Shown piece by piece: positions 46,921-60,109 of a stretch of DNA of 64,000 bases. The stretch's first letter is position 1. Every line of letters starts with the position of its first letter. The position numbers and the translations under genes are program-made. Origin of the DNA: the human T2T-CHM13v2.0 reference genome, Homo sapiens; NCBI RefSeq assembly GCF_009914755.1, contig NC_060938.1. One strand, written 5' to 3'. The notes under the pieces are model-generated. The model did no database searches. It was not told the DNA's origin and saw only the letters and a program-made list of their open reading frames with translations.

Positions 46921-48737
46921 AGGTTTTACTAGCTGAAGACATCTCATCTCACTGAATTGGTTTATCAGTAAACATATTTTAGTTGTTTTTTCCCCTTTGT
47001 TCTCACCCATCTTAACCCTTATACCCTCTCCCCTTACAGCAAATTAAGAAGACATTTAGAGAAATACCTTTTCTTTATGTGAGCGAAGAAAAGGGAACAA
47101 ATTACAGATAATGTCATATCCTAAAAGCAGTTTTGGTCCAATCAAGATTTTTAGCTGCCAGGTAACATTTAAGGCTCTCTACTTTCAGTATTTAAAAACA
47201 AGGTATATCTGATCAGGATCCAGCCCATGGAACATAAACTAATACTGAAATTCAATCTAAAATAGACCTCGGTGTCTTAAATCTCTGTACTATTTTTAAA
47301 TTTGCCCATGTTACTTAATTTGTCTCAGAGACAAAAAAACTTTCTATGATTTGTCTTTGCACTAAAACTAAAAAATATATAATTTATTCATAATATTCAA
47401 TTTATAGTGCAAGAATACAAAAACACAGACTATGCCTTTCATTTATGTGACACCAAACAGTTGCATTTTTCAAGTTGACAAGGGAAATTAACATTTTTAC
47501 CTGCTATGTAAAATGGAAGTGATAAAGTCAAAAAGATAACTTCCATCACTAAATAATTTTGTTTAAAATATAAATTGTCATTAGTCTTTCAACAAATTGG
47601 GAAAAACAATATGGAATCCATATTGAGCCCTATCTTTTGTTTTGGTAACATCTATAATCTTTCAAGTATTTCTTGCTGTTTTTTTACACACTAGTTCTTT
47701 TCTCATTTGGCAGAGGACAAGTGTTATAGAGCAAGGCACCTTTATTCTGTCACTATAGAGAATGTGTTAGTAAGTGAATGACTGCAATGTAATATAATTC
47801 TTCTCCTCAATGAATAAAACAAATAATGTATATAAATATCTGTCAACTGCAAAGTTTATTTAACCAACAAATATTTATTAAGGGTTCGTTATCTAGCAAG
47901 CCGTGTGTGTTGCTGCAAGTACAATCTACAAGAAACACTTAGGTTAGAAATATGACTATTGCATGGGATATTTTGGCATGAGAGAATATTTTAATACCTT
48001 TTAAATATATTATAATTGTTAATGCTTCATTATGCAAAATCGATGTAAAACACAAATCTGTATAATTTGTAACTAAAAGAAAAGTTTTTTCTTATTATAT
48101 CGCAACTAAGTATCACAGAATTTTAGGCTAAAAGAGGCCTAGATGCTACTAGCTCTTATGACCTAACACAGTAAAATACCGTATAGAAAAGGTAAACACT
48201 ACACAACTAATTATTAAAAGAATTGGAGCACAATCTCAGATCTCTTGATTCTCAACCCAATTCTCTTTCAAAAATAAGAAACACAATGCTTTTTTGTAAG
48301 CTATTTTATGATACTACATATTATTTCCTGACAACAATTTAAATTATTTACTGAGAATTTCTTTTACATAACTCTCAAAAGTGTAAAATTATTTTATCAC
48401 CATTACCTTGGGGACAACAAACATCAAAATTTGTGCTAAAATGAAACTTTGAGTTGAGTTCAATGAATATATTGTGTGTTTTTAAGACATACTATCTTTA
48501 CTAATTTCAATAAATTCAAATTTTACACAAACCTGAAGTGTAAATATACACTTCTGATATTAATGTAGAAGTTTTCAATATGATTTACAAGATAAAGAAT
48601 ACATGAGATGCCCTTTTCATCACTCACTTATTTCTCAACTATGTTGATAAAAGGTTTAGGTGTTATTCTATTTTATAAGCTAAGAGACAATTAGTCATAT
48701 TTCCTATTTAGTACAAAAGGAAGAGCACTGACCTTAC

Positions 48738-48989
48738 CTCTGCCATGTTCACATTGTATGGTCCAGTTGAGAATCCTGCCTGAGAGTTGGCTGTGTAAAC
48801 ACAGAGCAGCAGAGAAGAGTCACCACACTCCATCATATGAGAAGGCACGTGTCTGCTGGCTGCCTCCCATTTTTCCCTATTTGGGAACAGTCCTCTGTGC
48901 TGAGTGGTCTTCCTGCCATATGGGTCAATAAAGTATTTTCAACCAAAGAAATCACTCGGACTCTTCAATAACCATAAAGTAAGTTTCAT
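48738..48989 (-). pseudogene. Candidate decayed exon, 252 nt
   Basis: Acceptor ttttgatagcag, strong donor GAG|gtaagg, length divisible by 3, non-repetitive and GC-richer than flanks. The phase-0 frame has 1 stop in 84 codons; the phase-1 frame has 4. Confidence 0.45.
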
Positions 48990-49648
48990 CTGCTATCAAA
49001 ATTAAACCATACATATATTTGTTATTTAAAATTAATTTCTACTGGAATTATAAAAAACATTGTTGATAGCATTGTGTATCCAGCAGTCTTTACCTTTTAA
49101 GGCCACCTAAGCAAGGAAAAATATCTAAGAATTATATTCTTCATGTAATGAAAAATTAAGTTCCCAATTTCACAAAATTAATTTGTCTCAATACTGAAAG
49201 TCTAGATTTGGACGTAAAAATCTGAAATTATTAAAATTATTATACACAAGAAAAGAGCTAATACTAATATTCTGGGACATTTAGGTAAAGCAAAATGTGA
49301 CTAAAATTTAGGTTAATAAAAGTTAAATTCAAAATAGGATCAGAAGAGCTTGAAACATAATGGCATAATTGAGTGAATTACAAAAAACAAAATGTATCTA
49401 TTTTCTCAGATACCATTACAGTAATAAAAATGAAACATTACTCCACTGGCAATCACATCTTGATTACTATGTAATGCTAGAAGTTTGATTTGCTCAATTA
49501 ATCTCATTAAAATTTATGACATAAGTTTCTAAGTACTATCAAGAGATTTAAAATAATTTTTATAAAATATTCACCAAGATGTACATAATATTAACATGTG
49601 AAATGTATTAGCTTAATTTAAAAATATACATGTTGTTAAAAGGAAGAT

Positions 49649-49940
49649 AGCCCAGACATGGTGGCTCACGCCTGTAATCCCAGCACTTTGGGAGGCCAGG
49701 GAGGGTGGATTGTGAGGTCAGCAGTTCAAGACCAACCTGGCCAATATGGTGAAACCCCATCTCTACTAAAAAATACAAAAATTAGGCAGGTGTGGTGGCG
49801 CATACCTGTAATCCCAGCTACTCAGGAGGCTGAGGCAGGAGAATCGCTTGAACCCAGGAAGGAGAGGTTGCAGTGAGCCAAAATCACACCTCTGCACTCC
49901 AGCCTGGATGACAGAGTGAGACTGTCTCAAAGGAAAAAAA
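49649..49940 (+). mobile_element. AluS (Sg-like)
   Basis: Sense Alu; TSD aaaaggaa(g/a)ata. Confidence 0.95.
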
Positions 49941-50014
49941 AGGAAAATAAATATTTTCATTGATGTTATATAATATTCATAAGAAAAGTTTATTATAATA
50001 AAGGGAAAATATTA

Positions 50015-50200
50015 GCTATTAGGATTAATATTATTTAATATTAGGATTTAATTTAATATTATTAAATATTAGGATTTAATTTAATATTATTTAATATTAG
50101 GATTAAGATTATTTTATTAACAAGTAATATTAGCTATTATTACTTGTTATTATATTTATTATGATATTATATTATATTACTTGTTATTATATTTATTGTT
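50015..50200. repeat. AT-rich nested tandem repeats
   Basis: aatattaggatttaatttaatattatt repeated (28-bp period), then tattattacttgttattatatttatt twice. Confidence 0.9.
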
Positions 50201-50917
50201 AATAAATATAAACTAGCAAATTAAGAGAAACATGTATAAGTCAGCAGAACATTTTTTTAGATATATGAAAATAAGGAGCACAGCTCCGCTATAAACATGG
50301 ACAATGAAGGATCCATCTTGGACCCTGGCTTTAGAGTATCCAGTTCTTACCTTTTCTGACCCTGCCACTCCCTCCTAGGTAAGGAGTCAATGGAGACAAT
50401 GAGATGTGCCCTTATTAAGCCTTTCACTAACTCTAGGCCATGCTGTGGATTCCAAGACACTAAAATAGCTGCTCAAATTGGCTGAGCTCACGTTAGAGTC
50501 TGTGTAAATCTCTTCCTGATTCTGTCTTCTTGAAGGATAATGAAGGTATTTGTATGCCTACCTATATAGGTTGTACCTGACTTTTTTGGAATACACAGGT
50601 TCTATCAGATGCAATGGTAGATTGGTAGACAAAAAGAGGAAGGTATAAAATGAATATGGATGGCACAGATATTTTACAATGTATGGCTCTTATCTTCTCT
50701 ACAAGAAGACAAAATAAGAATCCCTCTCTTTCCCTTGATGGCATTTGCTATCATAATCTGATGAATAGTTTATTAATTGCCTTAATGTATGTATGACCTG
50801 CTACTCTTTTCTAAGAACATACTTTCATTTTAACAAAAGTTTCCAAGGTCTAACTCAGAATTGTGTTTATTATGAGAAATAATCTGTAAGGTCAGGTATG
50901 TTTCAATAGCCACTCAC

Positions 50918-51120
50918 ATGAGACTAAATAATGTTGTCTTTGTAGACACCCAGAAAGCTCTAGGACTACTATCTGCTAGGCTGCAGTGCTTTAACAGTGC
51001 AATAGTCTGTGCTCTCTTTCTGCATGCCAGATTCTTTAAAAGACTTAATCTTTTGAGTATCAACGCCCATACGAATTGTTGGGTTTTCATATTAGGTTTT
51101 GTCCACAAAATTAAATCCAC
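50918..51120 (-). pseudogene. Candidate decayed exon, 203 nt
   Basis: Acceptor tctaatacag, donor CAT|gtgagt. The phase-0 frame is open throughout; the phase-1 frame is protein-like with one stop and an apparent frameshift. Confidence 0.35.
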
Positions 51121-51532
51121 CTGTATTAGATGTCACCCTTAAAAGTCCTCATATTTTTTGAGTTGATCAAAGAATCATATTAACGAATATTTCCCACTGT
51201 TCTAAGTTCTACTGCCTGATGATTGACCACAGTGGGAGTTACATACAATGGCTATCAATTCAAGAGCAATTAATGAGCAGTGAAGCTTATAGAGAAAGCA
51301 ACATGATCAATAATACCTTTAAAATCTTCTAAATTTTAGGGGAGAAAAAGAATCACTGATGAACAGAGAATGCTTATCCACTTATAAACATTCTCATCAC
51401 AATAATATGAACGTTTCATGATGCTGGCACAGGAAAAAGTTCTGATTTTATTTTGGAAAGGTTATGTTTATAATCATGTACAATATTTTAGATGATATTT
51501 GTTTTATAAGACAAGAGAACATAATAGTCGAC

Positions 51533-51669
51533 CTGTAATGACCAAAAGTAGTTTATATAGTCAAAGTTATCTTCCTTTGGGCCTATTCAGAAGAGTTCCA
51601 AGTTCAAGGAGTATTCAATGGCAGAACTTCGATCTTGTCTCATCAACTGAATTTCTATTACAGCTTAAC
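51533..51669 (-). pseudogene. Candidate decayed exon, 137 nt
   Basis: Very strong acceptor tttctccttttttgtttccag; weak donor CAG|gtcgac; phase-1 frame G*AVIEIQLMRQDRSSAIEYSLNLELF*IGPKEDNFD. Confidence 0.35.
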
Positions 51670-52505
51670 CTGGAAACAAAAAAGGAGAAATGGGAGCTGA
51701 AGGTGTAAGTATAGATTGAATTCAATCAAGTTAAAACATTTTAAAAGTGTAAGTATGATGTTTTCCATAAAAATGACTGTAATTTTTGTATATTAATTTA
51801 AAGATAATTATCCAGACATATAAATCAGCAATGTCTAAGGCATAAATACTTCAAAATAAAAGATTATTCCAGTGTAGACATATTTCAATACACACTAAGA
51901 TTCTGTTTATTGATGATAATTTTCAGTAAATCATTAGTATTTTTAAATAAAATCGACTATAATAAAATAAATTCTCTTGACTGTATTTTTATTTCCTATA
52001 ATATTGAATAAAATAATCTTAAATTCAGGAAAAATATTATTTGAGAGTATTAGAGACTTTTGTATTATGCAATCTAAACCACAAGTGGGGCACAAGTACT
52101 CCTTGACTGATATGGCAAACTGTTACAATAATATAAAAGTCCAAATGATGAGAAAACCTTTTAAGATTATCATTCTTCACATCATGAACATGTTCAAGTG
52201 TATCCACATTTGGGTCTCTTTTTCAAAGCACCAATTTGGAATTAGGTCAAGTATCTGAAGAATGCTTCTATAGATTATATTAAAATTACCTTAGAAGGAG
52301 AATGGTCACAAAAGTCTCCTTTGAGTTATGCAAAGATAAGAAAATATTCATAACCACTGTATTATTTAATAATTACAGAGGATATTATAGCTTCTACAGT
52401 GCTTTCATGCTGGTTAAAATACAGCTGAAAAATTACAAATTAAGATAACATAAACAGGATATTATTTTCTCCCTCTTAAATTATTTGCAAACTGTAGTCA
52501 CAGAG

Positions 52506-52768
52506 TGTGGTAGGCAGGATTATAAAATGGCCCTGATATTTTTAGCTCCTGATATCCACACCTGTCTGTAATCCCTCCCTCCTGAGTATGGGCAGGACTA
52601 ACAACTTGTTTTTAACCAATAGAATAGAAAAGAGGAAATGAATTTTGAAGATGTAATTAAGGTCTCTAATCAGTCAAATTTATGTTAAACAAAAAGGAAA
52701 TTAACTAGCTGGGCCTGACCTAATGAGGTGAGCCTATTAGAGTAGAGATGAAAGAGATACTCCTGCTG
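52506..52768 (+). mobile_element. MLT1E/F-like LTR 5' part
   Basis: tgtggtaggcaggattataaaatggccc..tgtaatccctccctcctgagtatgggcagga..gatgtaattaaggtc. Confidence 0.8.
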
Positions 52769-53245
52769 TGCATACGTTCATTGCAGCACCATTTACAACA
52801 GCAAAGACATGGAATCCATCTAAATGCCCATTAACAGTAGACTGGATAAAGAAAATGTGGAAGTACACACTATAAGATACTACACAGCCATAACAATGAA
52901 TGAGACCATATTCTTGGCAGCAACATGGATAGAGCTGGAGGCCATGTTCCTAAGTGAACTAGTGCAGGAACAGAAATCCCAATACCACATGTTCTCACTT
53001 ATAAGTGGGTACTAAACCTTGAGTACACATGGACACAAGGATAGGAACAACAGACACTGGGACCTATGGGAAGGTGGAGGGTGCAAGGAGGATGAGGCTC
53101 AAAAAGTTACCTATTGAGTATTATGCTTATTACCTGGATGATGAAATAATCTGCACATCAAATCCCTGTGGTATGCTATTTATGAATACAACAAACCTGC
53201 ACATGTACCCATGAAAGTAAATGTTAAAAAATTAAAATTTTAAAA
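52769..53245 (+). mobile_element. L1PA16-like 3' end
   Basis: L1 ORF2 end and 3' UTR with A-rich tail. Confidence 0.88.
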
Positions 53246-54559
53246 AGCCACACAAAGAAAACATGACTGGCAAAAGATCAGACTCTATAGGATTAAAAAA
53301 TAAAAATAACATATAGTAAGTCAATGCAAAGATATCCACATAAGCAAAATCACACACTCTTTCTCTTTTCTCTCTCTCCCACCCACATGCACATATTTAA
53401 TGTGCCATGAAAGTCCTCTATGACCACAAATGTTTCTCACATTTGTGATCCTCTTCAGGTTATATGACACATAGGAATTTCAAAGGAAATTCAATTGAGC
53501 TCCCAAAGCAATGCTGATATAAAATGCTAACCTACTACAAAGACACACCAGAAAATTAAAGAGTTTTTTGCTTTCAAATGAAAAATACTTTAACATATAT
53601 TTATATACAGCACATAATATGTATATACCTATATACACATTATGATATGTATTTTAGATTTATATATATAGTAAAGATGCTCAGTTTTGTTTACCTTCAT
53701 AAGTGGAAAAGAGTAACATTAAGAGCAATTTCAAAACATTTTCCCCATAGCTATTGAAGATTGTGTTTTCCTGATATCATATTTTATGTGAATTACTGAA
53801 ATTTAGAAGGTTTGCATGCTGCTACAAAAACAAACAAAAATAAGCGCCTCTAAAGAAACCTTGGATCTATTAAATGAAAACTCTTGCTGTTTTTAATTTT
53901 TTCAAATTCATAAGAGCAACAATCAAGGGTCAAGAAATAAAAATCTTCTGTGTACAGGCAATGTCTACTTCTGACCACACTTAAAACCTTCCCCAAATTG
54001 CTTTAAAAATAGCAGTATTTAATAATTTAAAGATAATCCTTCAATTCAAATTGTTTTATTCTGAGGCAAAAAAATAATTTGTAGAAATGCATTGCAGGTT
54101 TCAATCAAATATACTACTTCTAGTGATTTACAAGTGATGGTTAAATATATGTAAATAAAAAAGGGCTAAAATATTTCTACTTTAAATAGCGGGGAGGAAA
54201 GCATTCATTCATGTAAGAAATATTTACTGTGTCTGTATGCACTGAAGGGTTACAAACTATGGTGTAATAACTCTGTCCTAATATTTCCCAGTTTGGGAGA
54301 GAATAGATACACAAACCAATTATCATAGGCAAGTGTGGAAATCTAAATTAAAATGAATAATAGAGTCATTAGTTTGGACAATTGCAGAATAGTTATAATA
54401 AATAATTAATACACATATATATCCACCCCATACACAAATACTCCTATAAATTTATTTTATTTACATATATATACATTTTTGTGTGTGAGTATATATATAT
54501 ACACACACATATACATACATGTAGGAACTCTATATAAAAGGTATAATATATAAGATAAG

Positions 54560-56275
54560 TATATAAAATAAATCTTGAATAATTGGGGGGTTTGTACCCC
54601 ATTCTGAATTGGGAAAACAATATAATAAAGTGTGAATTGTCCTTCAGTGAATCTATTTCAAGTAAATTAAAAACAGAATTTTAATGGAAACTGTTTTACA
54701 TCTTGACAAATATTTCTAAGGGTAGTAATAACTTAAAAAACCCATAAAACTCAAGAATAACCAAAGTTTTTTTATTAAGAAAGTAATAGAAGGTGAAATA
54801 TTAATTTTAAAAATGAAAACATTTAAAAATACAATAGTTTTGGTGATTGTTTAATAGTAAAAGAGAAAACTAAATAGAAATTCAAGGAGCAAAATTTGTA
54901 CTACATACAGATTGAGTATGTGCTCAGAGAAACATTTTTTATCAAGGTGCAAAAATAAATTATTCAAAAATACTCTTGGTACTGTAAGTCTTCCAAATTA
55001 AAAAAAACTTAAATAACCTACTCATGACATATATCATTAATCAAAAAGAGTACAACAATTAAAAATTAAGAAATAAAATCATGTAATAAATAGGAGAAAA
55101 TACAAGCAGTTCATCATACTCGTTAAGCATATGGAATATGGAGTTGGACTGCTTGTATTGAAATTGTGGCTCTGCAATTTACATACTACTGTGACTTTGG
55201 TGAAATAATTTACTATTTCCATTTCTAGGTTTAGTCATCTGTAAAACATGAACAAAAATAGGGGCTTCATACAGATATTTTGTGAGGTATAGGGGAGTCA
55301 ACATATTATAAAGAACAGTGTCTGACACATAAGAAGCTTCATATAAATCACACAGAGGTGGTAAACAAATTCTAAGTATTAAATCAGCGGAAAGAAACAA
55401 GCGTGAGTAACAAATTTATTTTTTAAAACATGAAGCAGTACTTCAAAAGAGACTATAGATAGAACTCAAAGAGGAATAACAAACAGAAAAATGACTATAA
55501 CATAAATGTAAAGAATAGCATCCTTGATGTAAATTTGTAAATAGAAAAGAATGGAGCCACAGGGAAAATTAGGCAAAAACAGGTACTTCACCAAATAGTA
55601 ATATAAATGACTCATCAATTTACAAAGTGTGCTTAAACTAGCCATTTAGAAAATGACAACCACATAAATAACTGTTAGATAAAAATGAAACTTAAAATAG
55701 CAACAATAAGAGATTTTTAAAAGTCAAGGCATTTTTACCTCACCCAAGGTACTAGTAAGAATGTTGGCACAATCTCTCTGCATGGCAATTTGACACTTTA
55801 AGTAAAGATCTTTAAGTATATTCAAGTTCTTTGACCCAGAAGTTACGTATCTAATATTCTCCATATCACAAATATAAGGACGTATACAAAGATTCACGCA
55901 AAAAGACATTTATCAAAGTATTTTATATACAATAGTAAAAATGTTAAAGCAATATGAACGTCAAAAAATAGAAAAATACTCAGTTACGGCATGATATATT
56001 CAAACTAAAATTATGTTACAAAAAATATTTTGGGATTTGAGAAAATATCTACAATATCGTATTTTGAGGAAAAATGTTATAATACTACTTAAGTAGTACT
56101 ACCCTAATATTGTATAAAATAGAAAAGCAGAAAGAGAATATATTCAAATATTGTCAATAGTAGTATCAGTATCATTAGCTTTTACTAATTTAACTTTTTC
56201 ACTTGTATTTTCTGTTTTTCTATGTTTATTTTGAATGTGTTTAATAATTATACAAATTAAAACACAATTTATGTT
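54560..56275 (+). mobile_element. Very old L1ME fragments with an embedded MIR (~55125-55360)
   Basis: A-rich degenerate L1 3' motifs (ggcaatttgac.., ttctttgacccag); MIR core tgtgactttgg..tcatctgtaaaa. Confidence 0.5.
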
Positions 56276-56513
56276 TTTAATATGATCTCACTCTCTACTG
56301 AGACAAAAAAAAATAAGAATCCCTAAGTGGGCATTTTCAAATTTAATTTTTTCATAGTGATTTCTTTCAAAAAATTAAGGCACTTTCAGTTTGAGTTTTT
56401 CTTTGTATGATAACTTGGATTCAGTAACAGACATAAGACATAATTTTAATGTTAAGTTTGAAACTTATCACTTTTACAATTGACTATTGAAATTGGACTT
56501 ACGATGTACTCAC

Positions 56514-56730
56514 CACCAGTATTACTTATCTTTCACGCAGGCAGCTGGCTCAGTGTCCCTTGTGGTGAAGGCAAGGCTTCAGCACATCTTACATATGCCT
56601 CCATGGCAGGATTCACAGCAGCTCTGTTGCACACATTCAACCCTCCACCTCCAAACCAATGGGAGGCAGTGGTTCTTCCCACTGTGCTGTAAGGCATGAG
56701 ATCTGGCTTCCTTAATACTTCTTGAAAGGT
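56514..56730 (-). pseudogene. Candidate decayed exon, 217 nt (228 nt with the alternative donor at 56502)
   Basis: Acceptor ttgtattcccag; tandem donors GTG|gtgagt and ATC|gtaagt; phase-0 frame open for 65 codons, then a single TGA; sharply GC-richer than flanks. Confidence 0.45.
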
Positions 56731-57057
56731 CTGGGAATACAATTGACATAATACATCTTTTCAAGTAGCAGTTTTTACAAGATGAACATTTCTCAAGAAG
56801 TTATATAAATTAAAATATTTCAATCACTTTTGAAAGTATTTTTGCACACCTTTCCAGCCAATTTCAAGGCATGTATTAAAAGTCTGTTGAATGTAGTATC
56901 TAATTTTCACATGAATTCTTCTAAATACTTACTATAACATGATCAACAAATAAAACTAAGTTCCTACTCTCTCTTAGCCTATAATTCGGGTTCACAGAGG
57001 GAGAAAGGCAATTAGAAAAGTAGTAAAAATGCATGTAGCATAATTCTCATTATAAGA

Positions 57058-57490
57058 GGAACCAACCCAAATGCCCATCAATGATAGACTGGATAAAGAA
57101 ATGTGACACATATACACCATGGAATACTATGCAGCCATAAAAAAGGATGAGTTCATGTCCTTTGCAGGAACATGGATGAAGCTGGAAACCATCATTCTCA
57201 GCCAACTAACACAGGAACAGAAAACCAAACACCACATGTTCTCACTCATAAGTGGGAGTCGAACAATGAGAACACATGGGCACAGGGAAGGGAACACCAT
57301 ACACTGGGGCCTGTTGGGGGTTGGGGGATGGGGGAGGGACAACATTAGGAGAAATACATAATGTAGATGATGGGTTGATGGGTGCAGCAAACCACCATGG
57401 CACATGTATACCTATGTGACAAGCCTGCACATTCTGCACATGTACCCCAGTACTTAAAGTATAATTAAAAAAAAAGTTTTAAAAAAGAAA
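57058..57490 (+). mobile_element. L1PA7/8-like 3' end
   Basis: MEYYAAIKKDEFMSFAGTWMKLETIILS plus 3' UTR and A tail. Confidence 0.92.
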
Positions 57491-57829
57491 AGCACATCAC
57501 AATGAAACCTGGTCATGCAAAGTTAGGTAAGACTTGCTGGAAAAAGTGACAAATATACTGAATGCTAAAGGGAAATTAAGATTTTCAGCTGCCTTGGGTT
57601 CTGCTTCACACATTTTATTTGGGTCCCATCTTTTCACTAAATGCACATTTTCAAAGTTAACAGTTATCTTCACATTGCCAAATTCAATGGTCAATCTTCA
57701 TTATCAAATCACATGGTCCTCTTAGTAGGATTTCTCAAAATCGCCATTTCTTCTTGTTGAAACCCATTCTTGTTGACAGAAGTGTTCTACTCATCAGTTG
57801 ACAGAAGCAAAGTGACAGAAACGTTCCAT

Positions 57830-58800
57830 TTATTCATTGTTTTACCCAACAAGTATTTATACCCATGATTTACCATGTATTTTTCTAAGCACTGGAGATG
57901 CATCAGCAAACAAAAGAAGAAGAAAAGAATCCTTTGTCTTATACCATTTGCATTCTATTGGGTGGACATAGAAATTAAAAATAAGTAAGTAAAATGCATC
58001 AGTTTTTACTAACATTAAAACAGTTAGGTTTTAAATGTTATGAAGAAAAATAAACCAGGACAGGTATACTGTTAAATGCCAACATGAAAGTGAGGAGCCA
58101 ATTTTAAATAGATTAGTTAGAACACATCTTACTGGGAAAGTAATATTTGAACAAGCATTTGAGGAAGGTGAGGGACAAAACCATTAAGATCTCTGTGGGA
58201 GAGACATTCTAGGCAGAAGAAATCACAAATGTCAAGTTCCAAAGTTAGGAGTATTCCTAACAAACCTCCAGCACAAGCAAAAAATCTAGTAGAGAGAAAC
58301 AGAGAGGATAAGAAAGAGAATACTAGGAAATAAGGCAAGGGAAGAAACAAGGGGATAAGCCATCTGGGGCAAGTGAAAACAAAAATTTCAATCTGTGAGA
58401 GTAAGATCACCAAGAGTTTGAATATAGAAAGAGAAAAAGAGAGGAACAAGGATTGTGACTGAATTAATTCCTTTGTCACTCCCTCCAGAAAGATGGGAGA
58501 CTGATGGACTGGGGAGATGGGAGGAAAACTGAGAAAGTCCATGTTTCTATTAGCCAATCAAGAATGTAATTCGACAAGAAGAAATGGCAATTTTGAGAAA
58601 TCATACTAAAAGACACATGTGATTTGATGTGAGGATTGACTGTTGAATTTAGCAACATGAAGATCACTGGTAACTGAAAATACTGCATTTAATGAAAAGG
58701 TGGGAACCAACTAAAATGTGTGAAAAAGAACTAGAGATGGCTTTGTGGAGAGGTTTGATATAAGGGGGAACAGGTAACTGGGAAGTAGCTGAAGAGGTAA
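57830..58800 (-). mobile_element. L2 fragments
   Basis: caacaagtatttat..taagcactggagatgcatcagcaaacaaa; gaatttagcaacatgaagatcactggtaac. Confidence 0.65.
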
Positions 58801-59334
58801 ATGTGTTCAAGTTTGATGGCTAATAACAAAGATTTAGTAAAAAGTAAAAAATGGTGATTAATTAGATCGTGATGATATTTGCTAAAGGAAAGTCCTAAAA
58901 TAAAGGAAAAGTGATGAGCCCTAATAAACAAGTAGTGTTTTTGACTCAGTATTGAAAAAAATGAATGAGTTATGACCAGGAGATCTAAGTTTCTCTTGGT
59001 GGCTAACATGCACAAAAGTTATCTGTACAATAAGGGTAGTAGTGATGGTCCAGAGCAGATAGTAACAGCAAGGAAATAAATGTTGGAAGGTATAAGAGTA
59101 TATGCAAATCCCTGACTTCCCATTACTGAGAACAGGAAAGGCAGATTCATATGTTCTCTTTAAAGATGTTAACAGTAAGTCCTATTAAATATTTAATGTG
59201 TGTACATTCCCAGTGTTCTTCTTTTGTTGTTGAAAGACAAAGACAAATTAGTGATTTCTTTTAAAACACATATCTTAACTGACATGACACTAGCACTTTG
59301 TCAGCTGAAGATTTTGGTCCAAAACGTGTTCCTA

Positions 59335-59338
<4 letters not shown>

Positions 59339-59384
<46 letters not shown>

Positions 59385-59432
59385 AGGAGAGAGAGAGAGA
59401 GACAGAGAAAGAGTGAGAGAGAGAGAGGGAGA
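59339..59432 (+). repeat. (GT)21 followed by imperfect (GA)n microsatellite
   Basis: Direct inspection. Confidence 0.97.
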
Positions 59433-59593
59433 CATATACCTCCTCTGAGGCCTTTAATCTATCATAAAAGAGTTGGTCAGACAGTTGTCTTTTAAGGTTA
59501 AGGTTGAACGAACAATGGCAATGACAAAAAAAAAAATCTTAGCTTTTAACCTTTTAGTCCTCTGGAGTCTTATCTCAGGTCAAGGTAACGTCC

Positions 59594-59890
<297 letters not shown>

Positions 59891-60109
59891 TAAAAGCTTC
59901 GAAAATCACTCTTCGTTGGCATAGCTCATTTTCAATAATCTGAATATAGATTCTTATCTTTTACCCTAAAGTATCTTCTTTATATTTTGTTAGCCAGTAA
60001 ATTACCAGATTGGATTCTCCTCCCAAAAATATTTTAATTAAAAAAACATAACTTAAAAATACTTGTAAGTCCATGAAAGAATATTATTGCTTCTAAAACA
60101 GTAAAGGAT

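Noticed and set aside
48738-56730. Selenoprotein or readthrough idea (single in-frame TGA in two exon candidates)
   Set aside because: No SECIS element seen; TGA arises readily from CGA or TGG; the other candidate exons carry TAA/TAG stops and apparent frameshifts.
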